DNA from: a bacterium
GTDB lineage: Bacteria > Zhuqueibacterota > Zhuqueibacteria > Residuimicrobiales > Krinioviventaceae
NCBI GenBank assembly: GCA_963675755.2
Contig: CAXXMD010000003.1
Location: 416,001-480,000, forward strand
DNA: 64,000 nt
Direction of reading: 5' to 3'
Below, piece by piece: positions 40,200 through 50,977 of this stretch (position 1 is its first letter; every line of letters starts with the position of its first letter). A program made the position numbers and the translations under genes. A model generated the notes under the pieces. The model saw nothing but the letters and a program-made list of their open reading frames with translations, was not told the origin of the DNA and made no database searches.

Positions 40200-41364
40200 A
40201 ATCATGATCAAGGTTCATCTGGGTATCTAACCACTCGAACGCTTCTTTTTGCATATCCAGATTGAATACATGCGGAGCGTCCCAGATTTTGGTTACAAGC
40301 TTGTCGCCGGCGTTTTGCGAGTCCCACACTTTGTGCATTTTCGCAAACGCATCCTCTGTTGCTGCTGTGGGAAAAAGCTTGTCCTGGCTACCGTTGTAAA
40401 ACATCATGGGCTTTGGACAGGCAATACTGGCATAATCAGGATAATCGAGATAATAGTACAATCCCGCATGGGTCATATAATAAGCAGAATTCCCACGCGT
40501 AATATTGTTGCCAGGCACAACCAGTCCTTTTACAGTGGACATCCAGCATACAGCGATCCCGGCGCGGATATGGTCCGAAAGCGCAGCGATCTGGAACGCG
40601 CGGAACGATCCCATCGACAGCCCCACTGCGGATATGCGGTCAGTATCCACTTTATCCACTGTCGATAAATACTCTGCGGTGCGCAGGTCTTCATGGGCAA
40701 TAATTCCGGCAAAAGACATCCCAAACTGCATCAGGTTCGAATTCAGGCACTGCTGTCCCTCGTATTCACCGCCTCCCCGATCACCCCAGTTGAGCACATC
40801 TGTAGCCAGACAGATGTAACCGCGTTTGGCGAGTTCATCACCGATATAGACGCCGCCGTATAATTTTTCCACCCACTCGTCTGCTGAAGCCAACCGCTCT
40901 GTCGTATCGTTAAATGGACGAATCATTTTTTCTTTACCGATGTCAAATCTGGCGCCATGATCGTGCAGTAACAGCACCGCCGGAAAAGGTCCTTTACCCT
41001 TGGGTACCAGGAGATACGATAATACACGCGAATCCGCGGTCAGATTAAACACCACTTTTTGCGCGATATAACTGCCGCGGTCCTCCGAATCAATTACAAC
41101 CGGATCAAAAGACGCATCCGGAGGCGCCACCAGCAGAGCATCCATTACCTTTTGCTTTGCTAGCTCGCGCCAGTTATCAAAATCATCATAATTCCCGGAC
41201 AACCATGACATGGGAAAGGTCATGCGCTCATGCAGATTTTGATAAAATACAGGCAGCTTGTCTACAACGCCGCTAGTTTGATACTGAGAGTTCTTTTCAT
41301 CTTGTGCCCATCCCAAAGCAACGGTACAAATCAATAATACAATTATTGTCAGTTTCTCAAACAA
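40198..41364 (-). CDS. Secreted alpha/beta hydrolase (dienelactone hydrolase-like)
   Basis: PAVLLLHDHGA, GLSMG nucleophile elbow, ACPKPM...DKLF...H. Confidence 0.85.
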   Translation of the reverse strand: MFEKLTIIVLLICTVALGWAQDEKNSQYQTSGVVDKLPVFYQNLHERMTFPMSWLSGNYDDFDNWRELAKQKVMDALLVAPPDASFDPVVIDSEDRGSYIAQKVVFNLTADSRVLSYLLVPKGKGPFPAVLLLHDHGARFDIGKEKMIRPFNDTTERLASADEWVEKLYGGVYIGDELAKRGYICLATDVLNWGDRGGGEYEGQQCLNSNLMQFGMSFAGIIAHEDLRTAEYLSTVDKVDTDRISAVGLSMGSFRAFQIAALSDHIRAGIAVCWMSTVKGLVVPGNNITRGNSAYYMTHAGLYYYLDYPDYASIACPKPMMFYNGSQDKLFPTAATEDAFAKMHKVWDSQNAGDKLVTKIWDAPHVFNLDMQKEAFEWLDTQMNLDHD

Positions 41365-42040
41365 AATTCTGTCCTTTTTTTAATACATGCATATGCAGGG
41401 TAAAAACATACCACAGCACTGTACTCATTACAACCAATTCCCCGGTTTCTTCAAGAATAGAAGCACCTTTAACATTCAACAAAACGCCCAGCACATCTAT
41501 ACCCACGGCAAAAAACACAAAAACACATAGCAGGTAAAACAGATATCTGGATGTTTTTCTCACAAACTCGTTACTGAAATAATAAAATATCAACAGAACA
41601 CTAAATAGCACAACGCCAATCAATCCTGCAAAAACAACCTGCCCCAGGTCATAAGCATCTATTGAATTCAAAATCCCCCATTGCGGCAGCCTGCTGCCAA
41701 TAAAATGACCGCCAACAGTCTCGTGTATACGTGTAGAATCATCAATCAAAAGATAGGCAAATAAAACCGACCAAAATCCATACAGCCATGCTCGAAAGCG
41801 AATAGCAATATACCCCATGAGCAGGAAAACCCAAAACATTTTTATGTACTGAAACAATTCTGAATACCCGCCATCCGTAGCCAATATCAACATGGGTTCG
41901 GAAATCAAACAGGTATGACAATTGATCATATGTAAAAAAATAAACATACAATCGGTTATTATCAATAATTGCAAGAGACGTAATAGATGGATATCGATAA
42001 TAAGGTCTGGTTTGAGTCTGGTAATAAAGGTTGCTTTCAT
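41357..42040 (-). CDS. Multi-pass membrane hypothetical protein
   Basis: About six TM helices; DGGYSELFQYIK, DDSTRIHE, EETGE motifs. Confidence 0.7.
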   Translation of the reverse strand: MKATFITRLKPDLIIDIHLLRLLQLLIITDCMFIFLHMINCHTCLISEPMLILATDGGYSELFQYIKMFWVFLLMGYIAIRFRAWLYGFWSVLFAYLLIDDSTRIHETVGGHFIGSRLPQWGILNSIDAYDLGQVVFAGLIGVVLFSVLLIFYYFSNEFVRKTSRYLFYLLCVFVFFAVGIDVLGVLLNVKGASILEETGELVVMSTVLWYVFTLHMHVLKKGQNFV

Positions 42041-42357
42041 CTTTCACCTTTATTTTAAATTCGGATTATTTAAGAGGAAAATTTTATACTATAATAATAA
42101 TAAATCGCTTCACATTTGCAAGTAATATCTACAAAATGGTATTGTTTTCTTTTCATGGGTTTTGTATAATTATAAATCAACCCAAACTATTCTCATATAT
42201 TCCGGCTCTTGGGTTTATTCGTTCTGAACCACGTACCTATCAAATACAAATTTTGACAGGAGCACAAATGGTTTGCAAATAATAAAAGCCAATGCTCAAT
42301 TAAAACGCACATATCGGGAACCCTATTCACTCCCGGAACTGACTTGATGGTATCAAC

Positions 42358-42972
42358 ATGACTGCAACAGAATTGTATCAAAATTACTATGCTGCAATTC
42401 GATTTGAAAGACAGGGACTTTTTCAGCTAGTTCATGAACAATATGGATGCAAGGAGGCGCTGTATCCCGGTAGTTCGGTGCATATTACACCTTCTTTTTA
42501 TATTCCTCATGTAGTTTATGTAGACAAAAGTAACGATGCCGCTCAATTTTTCAGCAATAAAAATGCGGTTATAGAACAAATCAGTCATCATAAAAAATAC
42601 AAACGCAGTGCATTTTTTCAATTTCTCCATCAAGACTATACTCAGGCCTTGCCAATTCAACATCAATTTGATCTGCTCATTGCACTTTTTGCACCCCAGG
42701 TGATACACAATTGTACACAATATATTAAAAAAAATGGGATTGTTCTGGTCCACCCGTTTCAAAACAACCTGTATGATGCAGCCAACGACCCTGAATTGAT
42801 TTTCGAGTCTGTAATTCAATTCACCAAAAACCTATATCAAATCATTCCGCCAGATAAAACCGGAATAGATCCTTTCCTGAAATCCAGTCCACCTAGAAAA
42901 TATTTAAAACAAAACTCAAATTCAGTTGACTATATTGAAAATGAAATGTATTTTATATTTAGAAAGATTTAA
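42358..42972 (+). CDS. Hypothetical protein, possible SAM-methyltransferase fold
   Basis: ALYPGSSVHITPS, VVYVD, FDLLIALFA, YIKKNGIVLV. Confidence 0.55.
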   Translation: MTATELYQNYYAAIRFERQGLFQLVHEQYGCKEALYPGSSVHITPSFYIPHVVYVDKSNDAAQFFSNKNAVIEQISHHKKYKRSAFFQFLHQDYTQALPIQHQFDLLIALFAPQVIHNCTQYIKKNGIVLVHPFQNNLYDAANDPELIFESVIQFTKNLYQIIPPDKTGIDPFLKSSPPRKYLKQNSNSVDYIENEMYFIFRKI

Positions 42973-43074
42973 CGCATCAGACAGATCTGTCACCACTCCA
43001 TAGATCTGTTATCCACATTGGGGAGTGACCAGCAGTATTCATAATTTGTTGAACTAGATTTGGGGAGAAAACAA

Positions 43075-44070
43075 ATGAATAAAATTTATCTAGCTGTTTT
43101 GGTCAGTATGTTAACACTTTTGGGATGCGACACAAATAAAAACCCTGCCGCACCGTCGCCTTATTATGACTTTTCCATCTATATGCTCAAAGACACAGAA
43201 CTCGAATTGCAGGATATAGCAAATACCAACATCTACAGGCTAGCTCTGCAAAACACACCACTGATCAGCAGAGATGACATTGTCAGGTATGATTTTTCAT
43301 CACACATGATTTATCTAAATAAAAGTAAAAAGGAAATTTTCAAAGACATCATTGGTGACACACCCATGTTCACGAGTTTTTCTACCAAGCCCTTTGTTGT
43401 GGTTTGCGGGAACGAGCGTGTATATACCGGTGCGTTGTTCAGTACAGCGTCTTCAATTGCGTGTGTAGGAGTAAGTATATACGACCTTGATGTGTTTTTT
43501 CTACCGGATGATATGCTGCAAATCAGCAATTGCACACGGTTTGATGATCCTATAGATCCCCGTAACGATGAGCGCGTAAGGATGGCTTTGCAAAATTGCG
43601 GTCTTTATCACGCAGGCCTTGAGATCAAGCTACAAAATGTTACCGTTGTTGAAAACGCAGATACATCTACCATCAGCTATCAGTTCAAACTAACCAACAA
43701 TGACAGCCAAACCCTGTTTGTTCCTGATCCCGATAAAATGGGTACCGACCTGTTCCATTATTTCTCAACAGGACTTAACATCAGCAACGACGAAACACAA
43801 CAATACTTTTATGCGAGTTTGAAAAAAAGTCTCTATCCCGGTCCCTATAATACCTGGGATGCCACCTGGTTTACCGAGTTGAAAAGCGGAGCGTCATTGG
43901 AACGCTCTGTGGTTATTAAAGGATTTCCGAAAATGCCGCCGGGTGAATACCGCTGCGGATTTAATTATTCGGGACCCCAGGCAATAACCAAAGAGGAACG
44001 ATCCGTTCAAAATACACGATACTGGATTGGAGAAATTACCGCAAATACCAGAAACATTACTATAAAATAA
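43075..44070 (+). CDS. Hypothetical lipoprotein
   Basis: Lipobox LLGC; DPRNDER motif; ATG 43075 follows GGGGAG. Confidence 0.7.
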   Translation: MNKIYLAVLVSMLTLLGCDTNKNPAAPSPYYDFSIYMLKDTELELQDIANTNIYRLALQNTPLISRDDIVRYDFSSHMIYLNKSKKEIFKDIIGDTPMFTSFSTKPFVVVCGNERVYTGALFSTASSIACVGVSIYDLDVFFLPDDMLQISNCTRFDDPIDPRNDERVRMALQNCGLYHAGLEIKLQNVTVVENADTSTISYQFKLTNNDSQTLFVPDPDKMGTDLFHYFSTGLNISNDETQQYFYASLKKSLYPGPYNTWDATWFTELKSGASLERSVVIKGFPKMPPGEYRCGFNYSGPQAITKEERSVQNTRYWIGEITANTRNITIK

Positions 44071-44100
44071 TTTTAAAAACAAAACTCAGCAAGAGGACAC

Positions 44101-44832
44101 ATGAAAAATCTGAAAAAATTGGCCCTGTTACTGATCCTTGTCAACAGCATCTATGCTGTTGACAAGGGGCCTCTTGAACATACAGTTAAAAAAATATCCA
44201 CTCCGTTTACCATTGACGCAAATTGGGATAAATCCGTTTGGAATGCAATACCCCCTGTATTGATAGAAAATTATATGGGAGATTTACCGGAACACTTTCC
44301 AAAAGTGCAGGCAAAACTGGCATACGATGACAAGGCGGTCTATGTCATTTTCAAGGTTAACGACAACTATGTTCGCGCCATTGCAGACAAAACTCATGGC
44401 AATGTTTGGGAAGACAGTTGTGTAGAATTCTTTTTTACTCCCGGAACAGATTTGGATTATGCTTATTTCAATCTGGAAACCAATTGCGGCGGCACTATGC
44501 TGTTTTCATGGCATGAAAAACCCGGCAAAAGCCAATCTGTTGCGGTAGAGGATTGTGACGATATTACCATTGCCCACTCTTTACCCAAAATCATAGATCC
44601 GGAAATTCAGGAACCCACAACTTGGACGCTTGAATATCGCCTTCCTTTTGAGCTGATACAAAAATATTGTCCCCATGCAGCCAAACCCGCAAAAGGAACG
44701 GTCTGGCGCGCAAATATCTACAAATGCGGCGATGAAACATCACACCCGCACTGGCTCACCTGGTCATATGTAGACGATCCGAAACCCAAATTTCACACGC
44801 CGGAATTCTTTGGAACGCTGAAATTCGAATAA
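44101..44832 (+). CDS. Carbohydrate-binding family 9-like protein
   Basis: VWEDSCVEFF, YFNLETNCGG, WRANIYKCGDE..HPHWLTW, FHTPEFFG. Confidence 0.85.
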   Translation: MKNLKKLALLLILVNSIYAVDKGPLEHTVKKISTPFTIDANWDKSVWNAIPPVLIENYMGDLPEHFPKVQAKLAYDDKAVYVIFKVNDNYVRAIADKTHGNVWEDSCVEFFFTPGTDLDYAYFNLETNCGGTMLFSWHEKPGKSQSVAVEDCDDITIAHSLPKIIDPEIQEPTTWTLEYRLPFELIQKYCPHAAKPAKGTVWRANIYKCGDETSHPHWLTWSYVDDPKPKFHTPEFFGTLKFE

Positions 44833-44991
44833 TGTCATTAAAAACAGATAATTCGTTTTACGCCCTTGTCGAATCCTTTGCGTTCTCTGCATTTTGCATT
44901 TAAAACAAAAAACTTGATCATGCATCAACTCTACAATTACGAGTAAAATTTTGCTATCGCTGGCTGAATCAGACTTTATTTTATTTATCAC

Positions 44992-45020
44992 TTGAAATTA
45001 TACCTGTTATGCTGTATAAT
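44992..45020 (+). promoter_or_regulatory. Sigma-70 promoter of GH97 gene
   Basis: TTGAAA-17-TATAAT; leader closely similar to 47031-47109. Confidence 0.75.
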
Positions 45021-45060
45021 GTAAACTAGTTAACAGGATAAAAAACGAAATGGACCTCAC

Positions 45061-46971
45061 ATGAAAAAACGTTATTACATTTTACTCTTTCTAACTATTT
45101 TCACACAAAATCTGTTAAGCAAAGAATTCAAGCTCCAATCTCCGGACAAAAATACTACCGTTATTATCTCAGAAATCAAGGGACAAATATCTTATAATAT
45201 AACAAATAATAACAAGGTACTGGTGTCTCCTTCAATGCTGGGAATACTATTTCAGGAATCCCCCATGGTTGATCTCTGGTACATTGATAATGTAAAATCA
45301 CAAACCGTAGACGAAACATGGTCACCGGTAATTGGCAAGCGTTCGCTTGTTGTTAATAATTATAATGAACTGGAATTGGATTTATTTTCAGAATACCACA
45401 CCCAAATAAAATTAAAGCTGATTTTCCGGGCTTATGACGAGGGTATTGCTTTTCGTTATTTAATTAATTCCGAAAAGGATAGTGTTGTTATCTCTACCGA
45501 GCTCTCTGAAATCAACTTTTTAAAAGATATGCAATGGTGGAGCTATAGAAAAGAACGTCCGCCATTGGGTCCCACGCTGGCATCACAAATTGATACTACG
45601 ATCAACTATCCTTTACTTGCGCATTCTCAATCCGGTAAAAACATTGCAATTCTTGAAGCCCAGCTTGACAATTATCCCTGGGCAGTACCCGCCAGCATTG
45701 CCGGGCAGTTCGGCTTTTCATTTGATTACAATAAGCTTATCACCATCCCCATACCTTTCAGTATGCCGTGGCGTGTAATTATGATTGGTGAAACCTATGG
45801 AGAATTGATCGACTCGGACCTGATCGTCAACCTGAATCCAAAGGCTGATCCTCAAACTTTTTCCTGGGTCAAACCGGGCATCTCTTTTTGGGACTGGCGT
45901 GCATGGGGATATAAAGCAGATGACGGATTTGTTTACGGGCTTGACCTCCCCTCCTGGAAACGCTTTATAGATCTGGCAGCAGAAACCGGTGTTCCCTATT
46001 TATTGCTTGACGCGGACTGGTATGGCCCGGAGTTTAGCAAAGGCTCAAATCCCCTTACCGGTGGTAAATCCCAGGATGTTAAAGCCGCAATAGAATATGG
46101 TCGTACAAAAGGAGTTGGGCTGGTACTTTATCTGAACCATGTTGCTGCCAAAGCATATGGTGTTGAAAAGATCATTCAAGCCTATTCAGATTGGGGCGCA
46201 AAAGGTATAAAATATGGATTTATGCAAATTGATGATCCTGAGGAAAAGGTAAATTGGACCCATTATATTGTAAAACTGTGCGCGCAAAACCATCTTTTTG
46301 TAAATTTCCACGATGGTCCGGTCCCTCCAACAGGAGAAGAAGCAACATTCCCTAATTTTGTACATCGTGAATTCATACATGCACAATCTGATGGCAAACG
46401 TGTTTTTGAGCCAGGTGACTATATTAAAATGGTACATGTGAATACCCTTGCAGGTCCGGTGGATCAAAACAACGGCATGTTTGATATGGTTAATTCATTA
46501 GAGCAACGTCCCAAAATGTTCCAACAGCTCAACTCTACGCCTTTGGCAGAAGCAGCCAGAACGCTTATCACTTACAGTGGCGGCATGACAGTCATACCAG
46601 ATGCCGCGGACATGTATCGCAAACACATGGAATTATTTCGCTTTATCAGTGAACAAAAACTGCCATGGGCAGAGAGTAAAACACTGGATTCGCAAATGGG
46701 AAAATACATCTCTATGATGCGAAAAACAGGAAACACCTATCTGGTAGCATCAGTAACTGATGAATCCGCGCGCGAATTAACCATAGACCTTTCGTTTCTA
46801 CCTCCGGGAAAAACATTCAAAGCAGAGATCTTTTCAGACACACCCGAGACGCATTATATAAACAACCGGATGGATTATAATATATCTCAAAGAGATGTTA
46901 CATCAACAGATAAAATTATTGCCAAAATTGCACCTGGCAGCGGACATTGCATAATCATTGAACCCAATTAA
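45061..46971 (+). CDS. GH97 glycoside hydrolase
   Basis: FRAYDEGIAFRY, PWRVIMIG, SWVKPG, LLDADWY, GIKYGF, VNFHD, LAGPVD. Confidence 0.88.
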   Translation: MKKRYYILLFLTIFTQNLLSKEFKLQSPDKNTTVIISEIKGQISYNITNNNKVLVSPSMLGILFQESPMVDLWYIDNVKSQTVDETWSPVIGKRSLVVNNYNELELDLFSEYHTQIKLKLIFRAYDEGIAFRYLINSEKDSVVISTELSEINFLKDMQWWSYRKERPPLGPTLASQIDTTINYPLLAHSQSGKNIAILEAQLDNYPWAVPASIAGQFGFSFDYNKLITIPIPFSMPWRVIMIGETYGELIDSDLIVNLNPKADPQTFSWVKPGISFWDWRAWGYKADDGFVYGLDLPSWKRFIDLAAETGVPYLLLDADWYGPEFSKGSNPLTGGKSQDVKAAIEYGRTKGVGLVLYLNHVAAKAYGVEKIIQAYSDWGAKGIKYGFMQIDDPEEKVNWTHYIVKLCAQNHLFVNFHDGPVPPTGEEATFPNFVHREFIHAQSDGKRVFEPGDYIKMVHVNTLAGPVDQNNGMFDMVNSLEQRPKMFQQLNSTPLAEAARTLITYSGGMTVIPDAADMYRKHMELFRFISEQKLPWAESKTLDSQMGKYISMMRKTGNTYLVASVTDESARELTIDLSFLPPGKTFKAEIFSDTPETHYINNRMDYNISQRDVTSTDKIIAKIAPGSGHCIIIEPN

Positions 46972-47030
46972 GTTTTACTGTCGTATTGAAAAGCATAGCA
47001 CTTGTTTTGCAAATTTTTGACATTTTTCAC

Positions 47031-47059
47031 TTGAAATAATACCTGCTGTGCATTATAAT
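47031..47059 (+). promoter_or_regulatory. Sigma-70 promoter of sialidase-like gene
   Basis: TTGAAA-17-TATAAT. Confidence 0.75.
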
Positions 47060-47100
47060 GTAAAAAAATCCACAGGGTATAAAAACGAAAAGGACCAAAC

Positions 47101-48171
47101 ATGAAAAAAATGTTAATCTCTTTAATTTTGATTACAGCTGTCAGCCTCTTTGCGCAAAGCTATAATGTTGAAACCTACCGGGTTTTCGGCCCTGAACATC
47201 CGGGAAAATACAAACATCCGGCTTCTATTACCCAGCTGGATAATGGAGATCTCTATATCTCTTATTATGGTGGTTCCGGTGAATATGGCGACGATACCGC
47301 GGTATACGGGTCTCGTCTCAAGGTTGGTTCAACCCAATGGACTGCCCCAAAAGTGATTGCAGACACCCCCAACCGCGGAGAGGGTAATCCTGTGGTATGG
47401 CAGGCCCCTGATGGTAAAGTCTGGTTGTTTTATGTAAACCGTTATGGCGATACCTGGTCTAATGCGCGAGTCAAGGTTAAAATTTCAGAGGATGGTGCCG
47501 AAACCTGGTCCGATTCGTTCATGCTCAATTTTGAAGAAGGCACCATGGCCCGTAGTCAACCCATCGTGTTGAACAATGGCGACTATTTGCTGCCAATGTA
47601 TCACGAAACCGGTGATGACCGTGAAATGTCTGCCGCATCTACCAGCTCATATTTCATGCGCTATAATCCCAAAACCAAAGAATGGACCGAGACCAACCGT
47701 ATCAAATCTCCTGAAGGCAACCTGCAGGCCCAGGTGGTACAAATCTCGGATGACTATCTCATTGCCTATTTACGTCGCGGCGGCGATTTTCTGCCAACCG
47801 ACCACGGTTATACCCTGCGCGCCGAGTCCCGTGATGGCGGTTATACCTGGACAGATGCAGTGGATTCGCAATTCCTGAATCCCAATTCCGCAGTGGATTT
47901 TATCAAATTGCAGAACGGGCATTTGCTGTTAGTTTATAATGATAATATGAACGACCGTACCCCGTTGACCATTGCCGTATCGACAGACAATGATAAAACC
48001 TGGCCCTACAAACGCAACATTGGCGGCGGCGACAATACTTTTGCCTACCCATACGCCATTCAGTCCAAAGACGGCAAGATCCACATTGTTTATACCACCA
48101 ATAATCGTACAACCATCATGCACGCCGTGTTTGATGAATTTGCAATCATTGGTTCTCCCCCCGAGTTTTAA
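47101..48171 (+). CDS. BNR-repeat sialidase-like protein
   Basis: Asp boxes SEDGAETW, SRDGGYTW, STDNDKTW; RTPL, YPYAIQ. Confidence 0.85.
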   Translation: MKKMLISLILITAVSLFAQSYNVETYRVFGPEHPGKYKHPASITQLDNGDLYISYYGGSGEYGDDTAVYGSRLKVGSTQWTAPKVIADTPNRGEGNPVVWQAPDGKVWLFYVNRYGDTWSNARVKVKISEDGAETWSDSFMLNFEEGTMARSQPIVLNNGDYLLPMYHETGDDREMSAASTSSYFMRYNPKTKEWTETNRIKSPEGNLQAQVVQISDDYLIAYLRRGGDFLPTDHGYTLRAESRDGGYTWTDAVDSQFLNPNSAVDFIKLQNGHLLLVYNDNMNDRTPLTIAVSTDNDKTWPYKRNIGGGDNTFAYPYAIQSKDGKIHIVYTTNNRTTIMHAVFDEFAIIGSPPEF

Positions 48172-48203
48172 AAAAGACGCGCTTTATGCGCGTCTTTTTT
48201 TTT
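48171..48203 (+). terminator. Intrinsic terminator
   Basis: AAAAAGACGCGC-TTTAT-GCGCGTCTTTTTTTTT. Confidence 0.8.
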
Positions 48204-48242
48204 ACACAAGCACTGTAACTGAAAATCTATAAGGAGAGTACT

Positions 48243-50849
48243 ATGAAAAAAACAATCCCAACTTTTTTATATATCATTCCTCTCCTATTATTGATATTTT
48301 TCACTGATTCATTCAGCCAGGAAACAACCTGGCCTGTCCTGAAATCCTACGACCAGGAACACATTGCCCGCATCGCTTTGCCCCTGGGTGGGATCGGTAC
48401 CGGCACCGTATCTCTGAGCGGACGCGGCAGCCTGCTCGATTGGGAGATCATGAACAAACCCGCCAAAGGTTTTACGCCTGATCCTTTTCTCTTTTTCGCC
48501 ATTTATACAGAAACAACAGACGGCAAGTCCGCAACCCGCGCGCTCGAAGGTCCTTTGCGCTATGAAGAATACGAGGGCTACAGCGGCAGTCAGACGCCCA
48601 ACCATGGTCTGCCGCGATTCCGTGAATGCTCTTTCAAAGCCGCATACCCATTCGGGCAGGTGCAATTAGCTGACTCGGATATGCCCGTAACCGTCACGCT
48701 CGAAGCGTTTAATCCACTTGTTCCTGCCGATCTCGATGCCAGCAGTATTCCGGTCGCAATATTACGATACAAAGTCACCAACATTGCCAACAGCCCCATC
48801 AAAGCTTCTATTTGCGGCAATATCCCCAATTTTATTGGTAATGATGGTTCACAGCAAAAACCGGATTGGTTGAATGTGATGCGTCCCATTGGTACCAAAG
48901 TAAACATCAATACATTTCGCAATGAAGACTCTGTTCAGGGACTATTTATGACATCACTCGGTGTCGATTCCCTGGCTGAGCAATGGGGTACACTCGCGCT
49001 GACAACTCTCGCATCCAATTCTATATCCTATCGTACAACCTGGGTCAATCAGCGCTGGGGCGGTAGTCTGCTGGATTTCTGGGATGATTTCTCTCAAGAC
49101 GGTGTACTGGAAAACAATGCAAAATTACAAACCAATACTCCTATGGCTAGCCTGGCGATTGAACTTGACATCCCTGCAGGAGAAACACGCGAAGCACTTT
49201 TTTTCATCACATGGCATTTCCCCAACCGAATGACTTGGTCACCTCAGAGTACCAAAACATGCAGTTGTAGCGATTCTACCTGCAATCCCAATCTCATTGG
49301 TAATTATTATACTACCCAATACAAAGACGCTTGGGATGTAGTAAAAAAAACCATTGGCCGATTATCTGATCTTGAATCCAGAACCATCCGCTTTGTGAAC
49401 GCGCTTTGTTTCAGCGATCTGCCGGAGGTTGTCAAAGAATCCGCACTGTTTAACCTGAGTACCCTGCGCACACAAACCTGTTTCCGCACACCGGATGGGC
49501 ACTTTTTCGGATTTGAAGGATGCGGCGACAACAAGGGCTGCTGCCACGGCTCATGCACCCATGTCTGGAATTATGAACAGGCCATTGCATTCCTCTATGG
49601 TGATCTTGCGAAAACCATGCGTGATATTGAATTCAACTATGCCACAGCGGATAACGGATTAATGAATTTTCGCGTGAATCTGCCCCTGAAACACGCTCAG
49701 GAATACGGTATTGCCGCGGCAGACGGACAAATGGGTTGCATTATGAAAATGTATCGCGATTGGCAGTTGTCCGGTGATGATGAAATGCTGAAATCGCTTT
49801 GGCCGAATGTAAAAAAAGCGCTGGAATTCAGCTGGATTCCCGGCGGCTGGGACGCAGACCAGAACGGTGTGATGGAAGGCTGTCAACACAACACCATGGA
49901 TGTAGAATATTACGGTCCCAATCCCCAAATGGGCATCTGGTATCTCGGTGCATTACGCGCGGCAGAAGAAATGTCCGCATACCTTGGGGAAAAATCATTT
50001 GCGAAAAAATGCCGTAAATTGTTCAATAACGGCAGTAAATGGATTGATGAAAATCTCTATAATGGAGAATATTATGAGCATCAAATTGTACCGCCAACGG
50101 ATGAAACGATAATTGCGCAGGGATTGAAGCACAATATGGGTGCTAAAAATGTTTTCAATCCGGACTTCCAGCTCGGCAAAGGGTGTCTGGTAGATCAGTT
50201 GGTTGGTCAACTCCTATCACATGTATGTGGTTTGGGGTACCTGACAGATAAGGAACTTGTTCAAAACACATTGAAAAGCATCATGAAATACAATCACAAA
50301 GCCAGTATGCATGACCATTTTAACAATATGCGGTCCTATGCGTTGGGTGAGGAATCCGCGTTGCTGATGGCTAGTTATCCGGATGAGCGCCCACAATTTC
50401 CTTTTCCCTATTTCAACGAAGTGATGACCGGTTTTGAGTACACTGCAGCTATCGGTATGCTGTATGAAGGACAACGGGATATGGGTTTGCAATGCATTAC
50501 AAACATCCGAAACCGGTACGATGGACGTAAACGTAGTCCTTTTGACGAGGCTGAATGTGGTCACCACTACGCCCGTGCTATGGTCAGCTGGGCAGCCATA
50601 CCTGCCTTGACAGGATTCAACTATTCAGGCGTAAAGCGATCTATATCTTTTGCAAATATTGAGGGAACCCATTTCTGGTCTAATGGATACGCGTGGGGAC
50701 AGTGTAAGGTCAAAGGAGATGAAATCACTCTAATTGTATTGCATGGAAAACTGAATTTAGATTCTTTTCAATTAAAAAATCGCAATATTAAGAAATTTAA
50801 AGATCCGGTCACGCTTGAAACAGGACAGGAAATACAGTTTACAATTTAA
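48243..50849 (+). CDS. GH116-family glycoside hydrolase
   Basis: PLGGIGTG, GSCTHVWNY, AADGQMG, QHNTMD, EVMTGFEY, EAECGHHYARAM. Confidence 0.88.
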   Translation: MKKTIPTFLYIIPLLLLIFFTDSFSQETTWPVLKSYDQEHIARIALPLGGIGTGTVSLSGRGSLLDWEIMNKPAKGFTPDPFLFFAIYTETTDGKSATRALEGPLRYEEYEGYSGSQTPNHGLPRFRECSFKAAYPFGQVQLADSDMPVTVTLEAFNPLVPADLDASSIPVAILRYKVTNIANSPIKASICGNIPNFIGNDGSQQKPDWLNVMRPIGTKVNINTFRNEDSVQGLFMTSLGVDSLAEQWGTLALTTLASNSISYRTTWVNQRWGGSLLDFWDDFSQDGVLENNAKLQTNTPMASLAIELDIPAGETREALFFITWHFPNRMTWSPQSTKTCSCSDSTCNPNLIGNYYTTQYKDAWDVVKKTIGRLSDLESRTIRFVNALCFSDLPEVVKESALFNLSTLRTQTCFRTPDGHFFGFEGCGDNKGCCHGSCTHVWNYEQAIAFLYGDLAKTMRDIEFNYATADNGLMNFRVNLPLKHAQEYGIAAADGQMGCIMKMYRDWQLSGDDEMLKSLWPNVKKALEFSWIPGGWDADQNGVMEGCQHNTMDVEYYGPNPQMGIWYLGALRAAEEMSAYLGEKSFAKKCRKLFNNGSKWIDENLYNGEYYEHQIVPPTDETIIAQGLKHNMGAKNVFNPDFQLGKGCLVDQLVGQLLSHVCGLGYLTDKELVQNTLKSIMKYNHKASMHDHFNNMRSYALGEESALLMASYPDERPQFPFPYFNEVMTGFEYTAAIGMLYEGQRDMGLQCITNIRNRYDGRKRSPFDEAECGHHYARAMVSWAAIPALTGFNYSGVKRSISFANIEGTHFWSNGYAWGQCKVKGDEITLIVLHGKLNLDSFQLKNRNIKKFKDPVTLETGQEIQFTI

Positions 50850-50977
50850 AAAGTCCGTTATATCTTGAACCTCCCAAAGAATAATACTTTTTGGGAGGAT
50901 CTTTTTGTATTATTGTATCCTGTTGATTGTCAATTTGTAAAATATTTCCCCTATGGATATAAAAACATCCTCCAAAC

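Noticed and set aside
42967-43053. Integron attC site (ATTTAAC...GTTGAAC)
   Set aside because: Core boxes fit but the interior pairs poorly, no second similar site was found and there is no intI.
46996-47011. Sigma-54 promoter TAGCACTTGTTTTGCA
   Set aside because: Lacks the invariant GG; a good sigma-70 promoter lies just downstream.
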